The translations under genes were made by a program, and so were the position numbers. A DNA stretch of 63,811 bases, the filler included, from Octopus bimaculoides (lineage: Eukaryota), in assembly GCF_001194135.2 (NCBI RefSeq). It is 5 parts of 3 records of this genome, joined end to end, with 100 filler letters (N's around TTAATTAATTAA, not from the genome) between each part and the next. Parts side by side here need not be neighbours in the genome. Positions count along the whole stretch, not along the records: positions 39,276 to 58,301 come from NC_068983.1; positions 58,402 to 61,353 come from NC_068999.1; positions 61,454 to 63,811 come from NC_068998.1; 2 more parts are not named here. One strand, 5' to 3'. The notes beneath the pieces are model-generated. The model had not been told where the DNA came from, did no database searches, and saw only the letters and a list, made by a program, of their open reading frames with translations. Of the stretch, positions 52,375 through 63,811 are shown piece after piece (position 1 is the stretch's first letter; every line of letters begins with the position of its first letter).

Positions 52375-53050
52375 TATTGTATACAATGCTCAGGTGCACT
52401 ACAACTTGTCAAAAGTGCACAGAAAGCATATGCAGTATTGTACAAATGCCTGGAAAGTGAAGAGTGTATGAGTCATATACATGCTTGCGTGTGTATGGAG
52501 GGGAGAAAATCAGGTGTAGTGTTGGTGAATCTCAGGAAGCATGGAAGTTTTGAAGGATGCAGTGCTCCGACAACTAACAACTGATGCTGGCAGTTTGTTC
52601 CATGCTTCAGCAACTCTTAGCGTGAAAAAGTGTTTCCGAAAGTCATGGGAGCTGTGCTGTTTTCTGACTTTGTAAACATGTCCACGGGTGTTAGACAGGT
52701 GGAGTTTGAAAAGGTGCTCAGAGTTATTGTTAGTAAGATGGTTAATAATTTTATGGGTGTCTGCCAAGTCAGTTGCCAGACGTCGGAGTTTCAATGTATC
52801 CATGCCCACGGAAGTAAGGCGCTCAGAATATGGCAAATGCCTGATGGAGGGTATTCTCTTGGTTGCACGTCGCTGAACAGTTTCCAGATGATTAATATCC
52901 TGGGCAAGATAGGGTTCCAGACCGGTGATGCACATTGTAGGTGAGGCCGCATCATAGCTGTATAAAGCTTGTTGGCCATTTTCTAAGTTGTTGAATCCCG
53001 AGTTATCTTCTTGAATAGAAAAGGGACAAAAATCCCTCAAGAGTCTCATA
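52375..53050 (-). mobile_element. CR1/L2-group LINE, 5'-truncated 3' end with (ATT)n tail
   Basis: LYTAMMRPHLQCASPVWNP, LETVQRRATKRIP, LRRLATDL, TRGHVYKV, FFTLRVAEAWNKLP. The (TAA)n at 52270-52372 directly follows its 3' end. Confidence 0.88.
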
Positions 53051-53272
53051 ACTGCTGAAGCATTGTCCTTGCTGGGATCGGGTCACTTCACTGCGGTTGT
53101 TTCAGTTTGCTAAGAGAAAGAATAAACAGCGTCAGATCCTGTGGTGAAATAAGGGATGAACTTTATATTGAATTACACAACTTAGCATTGATGTGAGCAT
53201 GAAATGTTTTTGGTCAAAGTGAAACAACAGAGACCTATCCACCCGTTGACAATTCACTGACGTAGCTATAAT

Positions 53273-53770
53273 GTGCCACCCAGGGTCACCCTTGAGTTAG
53301 CCGACCTCGCGTTCCTGAGAAATACAAGTGTTGAAATGCAATTGGACACTGGTAGTGGTATCATCATTATAAACGAAAAAACGTGGAAATATATCGGTAA
53401 ACCGAAATTAATTAAATCGAAAAAGGTAGCACATGGTGTTACGGGAAAAAGATTATATTTTTTCAGTGAATTTGTATGCAGAGTAACATTTCGAGGTGAA
53501 ACGAAAAAGGCAAAGATATATGCATTAAAAGATTCACTGAATCTATTTGGCACAGAATGGATGGAACTATTCTAATTGTGGGATACGTCCATAAGTGTTC
53601 TGTGTGGAAATGTATTTGGGTCAGTCAAAGGTTCAAATGAGGCCGAAGGACTGAAAAACTGAATAAATAAAATAATTATTTCCAGATTTGTTTTTTTGGA
53701 AGAACTGGGTTGTTGTACAAAAACAAAAGCTAAGATCTCTGTAAAACAAAGTGCAACACTGGTCTTTAAT
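53273..53770 (+). mobile_element. Ty3/Gypsy-type pol remnant (aspartic protease region)
   Basis: VEMQLDTGSGIIIINEKTWKYIGKPKL...NLFGTEWMELF..W, then FPDLF..ELGCCTKTKAKI; stops present. Confidence 0.7.
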
Positions 53771-53869
53771 ACGGTTGGAATTTACAAAAAAAAAAAAAAA
53801 AAAAGGACGAAGATGGGTGTGTAAACAACAAACAGGCGCATTAGTTTAAAGCTCGGGAAGTGAGAAAGT

Positions 53870-53905
53870 CTTTAACGTTTCGAGCCTACGCTCTTCAACA
53901 GAAAG
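53870..53905 (-). ncRNA. Hammerhead-ribozyme-like motif (minimal type I), A6U variant
   Basis: Minus strand CTTT-CTGTTGA-A-GAGC-GTAG-GCTC-GAAA-CGT-T-AAAG. Confidence 0.5.
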
Positions 53906-54439
53906 GAACACAGAAATAAGCAGAAAGAGACAATAGAAATATATATACATATACATGTTGGCTGGCCACTCGTTAAACGAGTATGACCATCGCTAACAGG
54001 AGTGTCAGCAATGCCCGTAAAAGGATTTTAAGTCGAGTGCTGCTTGCCCAACACCACAACGGCTCTCGCTAGCAACGCCAAGAATCCCAGGGACAAGCAA
54101 AGTGCAAGGTATCCGGCTCAGAAGAGCAGCAGGTTTATATACGAGAAATACCTTGACAAGGACAAAAGGCTGCAATACCTCGACTGAACTCAGTACTCCT
54201 TCGGACCCCAACCCGAGTATTTCTACGTCCTGTCGCTCGTCGATACCATAGTTGTTACAAATTGGGAACAATAATAGCTAAGAGGCTGTTCCACCCTCCT
54301 CAAAACCCTAAACCCGAATCCCACTACCGGATGCAGTTTAAAGTCATACACATGCATAAATCCACATACGCAGAGATGCATATGCATTTACATATGCAAA
54401 CAGATACAGATAGGTACGTATATAAATATTCATATATTA

Positions 54440-54700
54440 TACGAGGGTGAGTCAAAAAGTGATGCCATTTTGGTTAGGACAGGTATAATTACCAGCACAG
54501 GAACATGTATTATACATCAAAATAAAGCTGGTCCTCTGTGGATCACATCCATACTTCTCAACACAATCACCGTTTCTCTCAATAGCAATGTTCCATCTTT
54601 GAACGAGAGCATGTACCCCAAATGCAAAACCGAATTAATTATTTTTCAGCAACAGCCGTATGCGGGTGCTTCTTCAGGTGCAATGCGATCAAGCACCGAG
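54440..54700 (-). mobile_element. Mariner-like 3' end remnant
   Basis: TA+CGAGGGTGAGTCAAAAAG TIR-like end; minus-strand peptide GVHALVQRWNIAIERNGDCVEK matches mariner transposase C-termini. No second TIR seen. Confidence 0.6.
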
Positions 54701-55023
54701 CTTTATTGCATTCCACCAGATGAAGCAACCACAGTCAGCTGTCGCTGAAAAACAGACGCGTCACGTAAACGATTGTCTTAAGCTGAATATCATATATTTT
54801 CTCTTTCTTTTGCCACACTTTTTTTGACAAAGGCTTCCACGAAAACGTTACAATGTCGCTTGCATCTTCTTCCTTTATATTTCCACGCTTTTCCAGTCAC
54901 GAGTTTTCACTTGTCTGACTTCATGCATCATTTGTTTGTCTAGTCTTTGCCTCATAAATTTACTCGTTTTATTTGTGTTGTTTTTATCCATATATTTGTA
55001 TGTTTGCATGTATGTGTGTGTGC

Positions 55024-55055
<32 letters not shown>

Positions 55056-55889
55056 NNNNNNNNNNNNNNNNNNNNNNNNNNNNNNNNNNNNNNNNNNNNN
55101 NNNNNNNNNNNNNNNNNNNNNNNNNNNNNNNNNNNNNNNNNNNNNNNNNNNNNNNNNNNNNNNNNNNNNNNNNNNNNNNNNNNNNNNNNNNNNNNNNNNN
55201 NNNNNNNNNNNNNNNNNNNNNNNNNNNNNNNNNNNNNNNNNNNNNNNNNNNNNNNNNNNNNNNNNNNNNNNNNNNNNNNNNNNNNNNNNNNNNNNNNNNN
55301 NNNNNNNNNNNNNNNNNNNNNNNNNNNNNNNNNNNNNNNNNNNNNNNNNNNNNNNNNNNNNNNNNNNNNNNNNNNNNNNNNNNNNNNNNNNNNNNNNNNN
55401 NNNNNNNNNNNNNNNNNNNNNNNNNNNNNNNNNNNNNNNNNNNNNNNNNNNNNNNNNNNNNNNNNNNNNNNNNNNNNNNNNNNNNNNNNNNNNNNNNNNN
55501 NNNNNNNNNNNNNNNNNNNNNNNNNNNNNNNNNNNNNNNNNNNNNNNNNNNNNNNNNNNNNNNNNNNNNNNNNNNNNNNNNNNNNNNNNNNNNNNNNNNN
55601 NNNNNNNNNNNNNNNNNNNNNNNNNNNNNNNNNNNNNNNNNNNNNNNNNNNNNNNNNNNNNNNNNNNNNNNNNNNNNNNNNNNNNNNNNNNNNNNNNNNN
55701 NNNNNNNNNNNNNNNNNNNNNNNNNNNNNNNNNNNNNNNNNNNNNNNNNNNNNNNNNNNNNNNNNNNNNNNNNNNNNNNNNNNNNNNNNNNNNNNNNNNN
55801 NNNNNNNNNNNNNNNNNNNNNNNNNNNNNNNNNNNNNNNNNNNNNNNNNNNNNNNNNNNNNNNNNNNNNNNNNNNNNNNNNNNNNNNNN

Positions 55890-55920
<31 letters not shown>

Positions 55921-56419
55921 ATGTATGTATGTATGTACGTATGTTTGTAGCTATGTATCAGCAAGCCATACTAGAATATAATAAATGGTCAACAAACGAA
56001 AAGTAATGAATAATACAATAAAATATAACGATAACAGCAACAACAGCAACAACAGCAACAACAATAATGATAATAAAAGAAAGTAGTAAGAATGTATGTC
56101 AACGAAACAATCGCAAACAATTCGCAACAATATAAAAAATTTCATCTAGGTTGATTGATTAGCAAGCTATTTTGGCGCCATTGTTTTCCTATCATTCTAC
56201 TCCCTCCAACGCCCCTCTATCATATTAGCTAATTTTTTTTTATCTATTCAGTTTTACCTAACAGTTAATTTTAATATTTACGGGTATTTGGAGTAGCTCC
56301 AGACATAGACAAAAATACATAAACATATATATATATATATGTGTGTATATGTATATATATGTATATATATATGTATATATAAATTAAAAACAAAAAAACC
56401 TTGTAGCACAGAAATCGTT

Positions 56420-56990
56420 TTTTGTGTGTTCGTTTCTCTGTTTCTGTTTGTCTCCCCCCTCTCTCTCTCCTACTCTGTTTTTCTCTCTCTGTGTTCCTCC
56501 CTCTCTCTCTTTCTCTGTGTTTCTCTCTGTTTTCTCTCTCTCTGCTTTCCTCTCTCTCTCTTCTCTCTTTCTCTGTATTTCTCTCCCTCTCCGCACTTTT
56601 TCTCTCTCTCTGTTCCTATCTCTCTTTTTGTTATTCTCTCTTCCCCGTTTTTCAGTGTTTCTCTGTCTCCCCCTCTTCATCTTGCTCTATGTTTCTTTCT
56701 CTCTTTCTCCCTTTTCCTCTTTCTCACACTCTCTTCTCCGTCTCTCTGTGTTTATCTCCCTTAATTCTTTTTTTACCCTCTTCCTCTTTCTTTGCGCCTG
56801 TCTCTCTCTTCTTTGTTACTCTCTCCCCTATCTCTCTCAGCGTTTCTCTCCCTTTGTTTCTTTCTATCTCCTTCTTCTTTCTCTGTGTTTCTTTGTCTCT
56901 CTCTTTCTCTTTATTACTTTCTCCTCATCTCTTTATTTCCCTCTCTTTATTTCCTCCTCTCTCTCTCTCTCTCCCTCTCTATTGTTTCAT
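56420..56990. repeat. CT-rich homopyrimidine low-complexity tract
   Basis: About 570 bp of degenerate (CT)n; source of the spurious long L/S/F-rich ORFs. Confidence 0.92.
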
Positions 56991-57559
56991 CCCTTTCAAC
57001 CTACTCGTTCTTGGTTTCGGAGCATATGTCTACATTCTTCTTTATCCGTTTCAATTATTAAATTTATTTGTCATTTCTTCATTGATAAAAGAAAAAAAAA
57101 ATCCATCACGGCCCGCCGTGCCGTCATTCAGTTAAACGCCACCACGTGACAATTGGGTTCAGCCGTTTAGTCGCTGACGAATTGGCACGGCTCTGCGAAC
57201 CGGCCAGCCAAGCGGCCCCCCCGTTTGACTGATGTACAGAGAAGGGAGAAAGCGCAGGAGATGCAGTAAATGATGTTGCTCTCTCTCTCTCTCTCTCTCN
57301 NNNNNNNNNNNNNNNNTATATATATATATATATGTGTGTGTGAATGTTGGTATGTATATGTAAGTGTATATGTATTTACAAGATTTTGCAAAAAATTCTT
57401 AATACAGTCGCAATATTTGAAGAAAGAGTTTCTTAAAAATTCTTGACTATAAATATTTTAGAAAAAACAGAATGACACGAACTTATGGAATGAAATTTTC
57501 GTATTGTGTTTTTAAGTGGTTTCGTTATTAGGTAATCCGTAGAGACGAGGTTGTTTCTG

Positions 57560-58280
57560 GTAGTAGAGCAGATTACTTCCGGTTGAATTTCAGATTTAGA
57601 ATTCTTATAAAGTATTCATACTGTTTTTGCCTTTCGTAATTGATCATTTTTATAATGTATTTTGAAAAAAGGAACTATTTTGAATTTTCCATTTACATGG
57701 AAAATTTCTAAGAGCATTTCTAAAAAAGTTCCTGAGAATATTTCTAATCTAATTTGCTGTTTGTGCACCCTCACACGGTTGGTTAATTTCGATCCTGTTT
57801 CTCCGATATAGTTCTCATTGCATTTTAGGCATGTGATGCAGGAGATGAGTATTTTTTTTGGTTTGTTTTGCAATTCATGTTTGCTTTAACATTCAATTCC
57901 TTCCCACTTTTGAATCTTTTTGTTTTTCTCTGTTCAATTATTTTATACTTCGTACAATTGGGTCTCCATAGTTTGTTAACTTTATTATTTCTTCTTCAGA
58001 TGTGAATTTCACTTTCTAAGAAGTCTTTTGAGATTTGCTGGTTGTCCTCGGCAGCTGATTATTTGTGATTCTTCAACTGTGTTTTGGGAATTCGATGACT
58101 GATATAGAATAGGAAGAAATTGTTTGGCCGAATGTATGATATAGTATTTTCTAGGATTATGGGTGACTACAAGTGGGATATTCATATTTGTGTTTTTGTT
58201 TTTACCCTCAACGTGAGTGTTTCTCAGTAAAGCAGAAATTGATAGTTGTTGGTTCGTCAGTAGTGACTGCTCAATCGCTC
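57560..58280 (-). mobile_element. Penelope-like element: GIY-YIG endonuclease and linker remnant
   Basis: IPLVVTHNP, QIISCRGQPANLKRLL, SCITCLKCNENYIGETGSKLTNRVRVHKQQI. Confidence 0.75.
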
Positions 58281-58401
58281 GTTGGTTTAGTTAACCCGGC
58301 CNNNNNNNNNNNNNNNNNNNNNNNNNNNNNNNNNNNNNNNNNNNNTTAATTAATTAANNNNNNNNNNNNNNNNNNNNNNNNNNNNNNNNNNNNNNNNNNN
58401 N

Positions 58402-58699
58402 AGCGGAAGCTATCGACTACCTCTAGTTTTTCACCCTGGAATGAGATAGAAGTTGTTTCCTGTTTGTTTACAGTCTTTATTGCACCTGAACATCTGCCAC
58501 ATACAAAAACTAACTTCGTAGTTAATCTGCCTTTGATATTGCTGCACCTCTTATGTGTCCATAGCTTGCACCGGGTACATCTTATAGAGTTACTACCTAC
58601 TCCTTTTCTACATACTGAGCAGGGCCATCTACCTGAAGGGGTTTGTGTTTTATCTACCTTCCTACTTATTAGGATTTTGGTTTTAGATGTCTCTGCTAG
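58402..58699 (-). mobile_element. RTE-clade LINE RT fragment with an embedded PHD-like zinc finger; missed by the ORF track
   Basis: Open frame KTKILISRK...GRWPCSVCRKGVGSNSIRCTRCKLWTHKRCSNIKGRL...FVCGRC...GEKLEVVDSFR, ending at the gap. Confidence 0.8.
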
Positions 58700-59472
58700 T
58701 TATTTATAAAGAGAGTACATCTTTGATAATGTGTTAGCTACTATTTGTAGCTGATAGAGACCGCATACAGTGTTTCTGTTAATACTAGTTGCAGTTATGT
58801 CAAAGGTTAAAAAAAGTTAAGCAAATGTGATCCCCTTTTTACTTTCAAATATTAAATCAAACATCGTTTGCTGTAGGGAATTGTAGTTAATATTCATGGA
58901 ATGTACATTTATAAACATCAAATCTCTTCAGCTTTGACTCACTATTCTATTTTATACCACAACCCTTGTGTTCACCTCGAGCTATGGAAAATTCTGTTGT
59001 ACAGAAGTAAAATATACCCACATGTTATTAGAGATTTCATGATATCATTTGATTCATACATTTACTCAATCTGTTAGAATAGTAGCTGTATCCATATAAA
59101 AAATTATAAATTTGAATAAAAATATTATCACAAAATTCATAATTTTAATGTTTATGTATACATCTACATATTTGTGAGTGTGTTGGTGCTGCTACTATCT
59201 GTAGTGCATTTCATGATTTGAGATGAAAATGTGAATTGCATTGGAGATGCAACAGTAAGTAAGAGCTTAGTAGATTTGACATTTAAAAATGGGCAGAAGT
59301 GCAAGTCTGTATATGTATCTTGATTTCATTTGTGATTAGGAAATGATAAATGAAAATTCTTTTATATTTTAGAAAAATCACGATTAAAATATACATATTT
59401 GATGTGTTCTTGGGTTTTTCTTTAGAAACTTCAAGGATGGTTTGTGTTCATATTTTTTTTTTGAGTTTACAG

Positions 59473-59540
59473 CTGTAAAATATGAAGGATTACCAGCAAA
59501 CATTAGTCATTCAACCCCCAAAGTGAAGAAAACAAGACCT
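59473..59540 (+). CDS. Isolated candidate exon (VKYEGLPANISHSTPKVKKTRP), unidentified
   Basis: Poly-T...TTTACAG| acceptor and CCT|GTAAGA donor, one open frame. No compatible partner exon or homology identified. Confidence 0.2.
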
Positions 59541-61048
59541 GTAAGACTTTAGGATTTGTATATGCATATAAACATATATACATATTTTTACATGCGTGGT
59601 AGACAATCAGTAAAACATTAAGTTACAAACAGTTGGATGTCTTTATACACAAGCATGGCCACTGACATACAAAACTATGTGTATGAATATATGTATATAT
59701 ACACGCACATGAATATGCATACACACTTGTACCAAGGCATGGAGACAAAATATAGTTGGTGGATGGGAAAGGAATAAAGTGTGGCTCAAACTGAGAAAGG
59801 GTTAGAGAAAAGGTGTAAAAAAAAAGTCTAGGAGTTAACTAGAAGTAAAAATAGAAGTTCATGGGACAAGGGACTATTATAGGTGTACAGGAGTAAGAAA
59901 ACTAGTCAGAATAAAATGGGTGAGGAATAAGAGAAAAAAAATATTTTTGGATATCTTGAGAGTAATACCAAGAAAGAAAATAACATATTTCTCCTTATGT
60001 TTGTGGGTTTGAATATGTTAGATGTAAGGCAACACCACACGTGTGGAGTGGTCTGATGAATTGAAATGAATGCTCATACTCAATTGTTTGGAGATAACAT
60101 GAGAATTATTGTTGACATCTAGATGTTCTTGCTTCACCTATAAGCAGCTCATTGAAAACAATAAAGTGAGTATCACTACAAGGCACCTTCTGTTTTACCT
60201 TGTCAAATTTTGACTTTACTTAAAAGTATTTAATGATTTAATCTTTGTTTCCTTAAGTAATCTTTGTTTTCTTAGCTCTCTTTAAAATGTGTAATATTTC
60301 ATATAAACCTGTGCAAAATTCCATGATTTCTTTGATATTTTGAGGTGTTTCTAATTTATAGTTATCTTTTTAGAATTTTTCTTTATCTTTGTGTAAAATG
60401 AAAATTTAACTTCATTTCTGAGGGAGTGGATCATAGAAACTTTGTCAATATGGCTGATTAAAAAAGATGTCTACTGTCACTATGTTTTGTTTTAGTTGGA
60501 TATATATGTTTTCTATAATATATATGTAATATGTATGTTTCTTATGATGTGTATATTTTCTATACATGGTAATATCCTCTGTTCACCATTTGAATCTGAG
60601 GGAGCAAATTTATCAACTGTGTAAGTAATTGGTGAATTGCAAGGGAAATTCCAATAAGTTCTCATTGAAAGAAAGGAAAAAGTTACCATTGCTTTGGTAT
60701 CTTTCCAGAGGTCCAAACCACAATTTGTGATTATTTTAACTTTGTTGATTATCATGAAATAGTGATGCTAAAAAGTGTGCATGGTCTGTTAAACATACAA
60801 CTCTTTTTTACCATATTTCTGTTGAAATATATTGCCTTTGTTTCAAGTAATTTTTAAAGTAACAAAGAACTTAATAAAATTTATCATTATTAAGTTGGTA
60901 TTTGCAACATAAAATAACATTAAATTTTGGAGTGTTTTAATTTAGATCACTTATAGTGGCAAGTTTTTACCATAGAACCTAGGACAGTCTTAAGTGGTTT
61001 CAGATTAAATGTTACTAACTAATATTGGAATAGCAATTTTATTGTATA

Positions 61049-61353
61049 CTAGCAGAAATACCCGGCTTTGCCCGGGTTAAAGAGAATAATGAAATCTAAA
61101 AACTCCGTCTAGACTACGCAACCCTCAACTGTTAGTAGCTATGATATCATATTTCTACATTAATAACTCTCCAATCCATGCCAGCATGGAACATAGACAT
61201 TAAGTGGAATGCCAGTCTCTCATCTAGGAGGGCCTTGAAATCAATGTTACCAACTGGGGACTATGTGTGTCGTAGTGATAATAAAAAGACCCAAAGGAGG
61301 TCTGCAACGAAATAATTTTACTCAACACTTTGCAAGTGAATCAGTGGAGGCAA
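61049..61353 (-). mobile_element. Helitron-like 3' terminus, runs into a gap
   Basis: Minus-strand CCCGGGCAAAGCCGGG hairpin, 8 nt, then CTAG|T. Confidence 0.55.
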
Positions 61354-61954
61354 NNNNNNNNNNNNNNNNNNNNNNNNNNNNNNNNNNNNNNNNNNNNTTA
61401 ATTAATTAANNNNNNNNNNNNNNNNNNNNNNNNNNNNNNNNNNNNNNNNNNNNATATATATATACTAGATGTTTGTTCTCCACAAGTTAATTATGAAATT
61501 TTTACTGAAGTTTTTCTGTGAGTGTTAAGAGGTACTTGTTGCAGGAAAAGGAGAGAAAATAAAATTTTCCTAAGAGTGTGCACATTCTAGTAAGACGCCG
61601 GAATCCTACACTGGATGGGCTGAATTAGGGCCCTGAATACAGAATTTGATACTAGCTGGGCCTATGTGATTTCCATTCCTTTACTTATTTTTCTGCAGCT
61701 TTCTCAATATCAATTGGAATGTTTTCGTCATCCTACAACCTGTCAAGCAGATGATGTAATCAGCATCGAAGTAATACTGATAATGTGTGCAGCCCACATG
61801 CACACACGCTTGGGAAAATACGTAGAAATCGCATACGTAAATGTACGTGTCGACCGACCTACATACAAACATACACGTCATACGCCTACTCAAATACAGA
61901 AACGGATATGTACATCCAACAAATACACACACACACGCACATTATTTACGTATG

Positions 61955-61997
<43 letters not shown>

Positions 61998-63757
61998 GGA
62001 ACGAACACGACACAATGAAGTAGAGAAATTTGAAAAGACAACACGAAACCGGTTATTTCTCAAAATACAATGTTTATATACCAAAAAGATTTTATAACAT
62101 TTTTATAACATTTTTCTTACATTTTTCTGACATAATTTAAATATATACTTTAACCATGTAACACAAGCCTTCTGTAGTTTTTTCACTCTTATTATCTTTT
62201 ATACATCCAACCACGTGCTTTCACATACCAACTTTCTCACCTATATATATATATATATATATATANNNNNNNNNNNNNNNNNNNNNNNNNNNNNNNNNNN
62301 NNNNNNNNNNNNNNNNNNNNNNNNNNNNNNNNNNNNNNNNNNNNNNNNNNNNNNNNNNNNNNNNNNNNNNNNNNNNNNNNNNNNNNNNNNNNNNNNNNNN
62401 NNNNNNNNNNNNNNNNNNNNNNNNNNNNNNNNNNNNNNNNNNNNNNNNNNNNNNNNNNNNNNNNNNNNNNNNNNNNNNNNNNNNNNNNNNNNNNNNNNNN
62501 NNNNNNNNNNNNNNNNNNNNNNNNNNNNNNNNNNNNNNNNNNNNNNNNNNNNNNNNNNNNNNNNNNNNNNNNNNNNNNNNNNNNNNNNNNNNNNNNNNNN
62601 NNNNNNNNNNNNNNNNNNNNNNNNNNNNNNNNNNNNNNNNNNNNNNNNNNNNNNNNNNNNNNNNNNNNNNNNNNNNNNNNNNNNNNNNNNNNNNNNNNNN
62701 NNNNNNNNNNNNNNNNNNNNNNNNNNNNNNNNNNNNNNNNNNNNNNNNNNNNNNNNNNNNNNNNNNNNNNNNNNNNNNNNNNNNNNNNNNNNNNNNNNNN
62801 NNNNNNNNNNNNNNNNNNNNNNNNNNNNNNNNNNNNNNNNNNNNNNNNNNNNNNNNNNNNNNNNNNNNNNNNNNNNNNNNNNNNNNNNNNNNNNNNNNNN
62901 NNNNNNNNNNNNNNNNNNNNNNNNNNNNNNNNNNNNNNNNNNNNNNNNNNNNNNNNNNNNNNNNNNNNNNNNNNNNNNNNNNNNNNNNNNNNNNNNNNNN
63001 NNNNNNNNNNNNNNNNNNNNNNNNNNNNNNNNNNNNNNNNNNNNNNNNNNNNNNNNNNNNNNNNNNNNNNNNNNNNNNNNNNNNNNNNNNNNNNNNNNNN
63101 NNNNNNNNNNNNNNNNNNNNNNNNNNNNNNNNNNNNNNNNNNNNNNNNNNNNNNNNNNNNNNNNNNNNNNATATATATATATATATATATACATACATTC
63201 ATCGATACATACACACACACATGCATACATTCATACATACGTAAGTACATCATATACGTACATATATTCATTCATATATACACGTTTGTGGATTGAACGA
63301 GACAAGACTGAAAGTAACAGATGCTTCCGCATACATGCATGCATAAAATAAATATGCAAGCAAACAATGCATGCAAACATGCATATACACACTAAATATG
63401 ATACATACACAAATGCATGCACACATACACACACAGAAACAGACATACATATATGCACACATACATATTTATGGATTGAATCATACATACATGTATACAT
63501 CCATATGGAGTGAATTGAGTAAGACGGAAAGTAAATGAAGGCGATAGAGTTTAATACGGCTAAAAGATTCGCTCGCACTTCACACTAATGTAATTGTGTT
63601 TACAAGTGCGAGTGCAATGTAATGTGGTGCAACATGATGCACTGCAGTGCAATAAAGTTCACTGACTTGCATTGTACTGTACTCCGTCGATGTCTGGCTC
63701 ACAGACAAGAGCACAACACCAAGCAAGAAGAATTAGACGACATATATACACACACAC

Positions 63758-63790
<33 letters not shown>

Positions 63791-63811
63791 TAATGTATGT
63801 ATATATTTTTC

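Noticed and set aside
54820-54850. TTGACAAAGGCTTCCACGAAAACGTT, a possible fifth hammerhead copy
   Set aside because: The core is too degenerate to support.
63565-63615. Hairpin CTCGCACTT...AAGTGCGAG, possible pre-miRNA
   Set aside because: The stem is too short and interrupted for a ~22-bp duplex.

Overview
AT-rich, microsatellite-saturated animal genomic DNA from a draft assembly. It has many N gaps, and four of them carry an artificial TTAATTAATTAA six-frame-stop spacer. The repeat landscape (several tRNA-derived SINE families, very dense di/tri/tetranucleotide arrays) looks cephalopod/Octopus-like; this is an inference. Almost all ORFs in the supplied track are microsatellite or gap artefacts. 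One host gene is recognisable by manual splicing: three + strand exons (39464-39572, 44995-45099, 46023-46151) encode the C-terminal part of a CFAP77-like ciliary protein, and its 5' exons were not found. The rest is transposable-element sequence: four R4/Dong-like restriction-like-endonuclease (RLE) retrotransposon pieces, each next to a (TAA)n tract; two near-complete mariners (one with a nested Helentron-type HINE); a deleted Tc1; Helitron ends; CR1-like, RTE, Penelope-like and Gypsy remnants; and more than 25 SINE copies. Best leads: (1) a multi-subfamily TAA-microsatellite-targeting RLE system whose 3' UTRs share a covarying hairpin; (2) a dispersed family of hammerhead-ribozyme-like motifs with covarying helix I; (3) a candidate unannotated minus-strand spliced ORF at 14.3-22.6 kb; (4) inverted SINE pairs inside a CFAP77 intron. 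All family assignments rest on motif recognition by eye; no database search was run.
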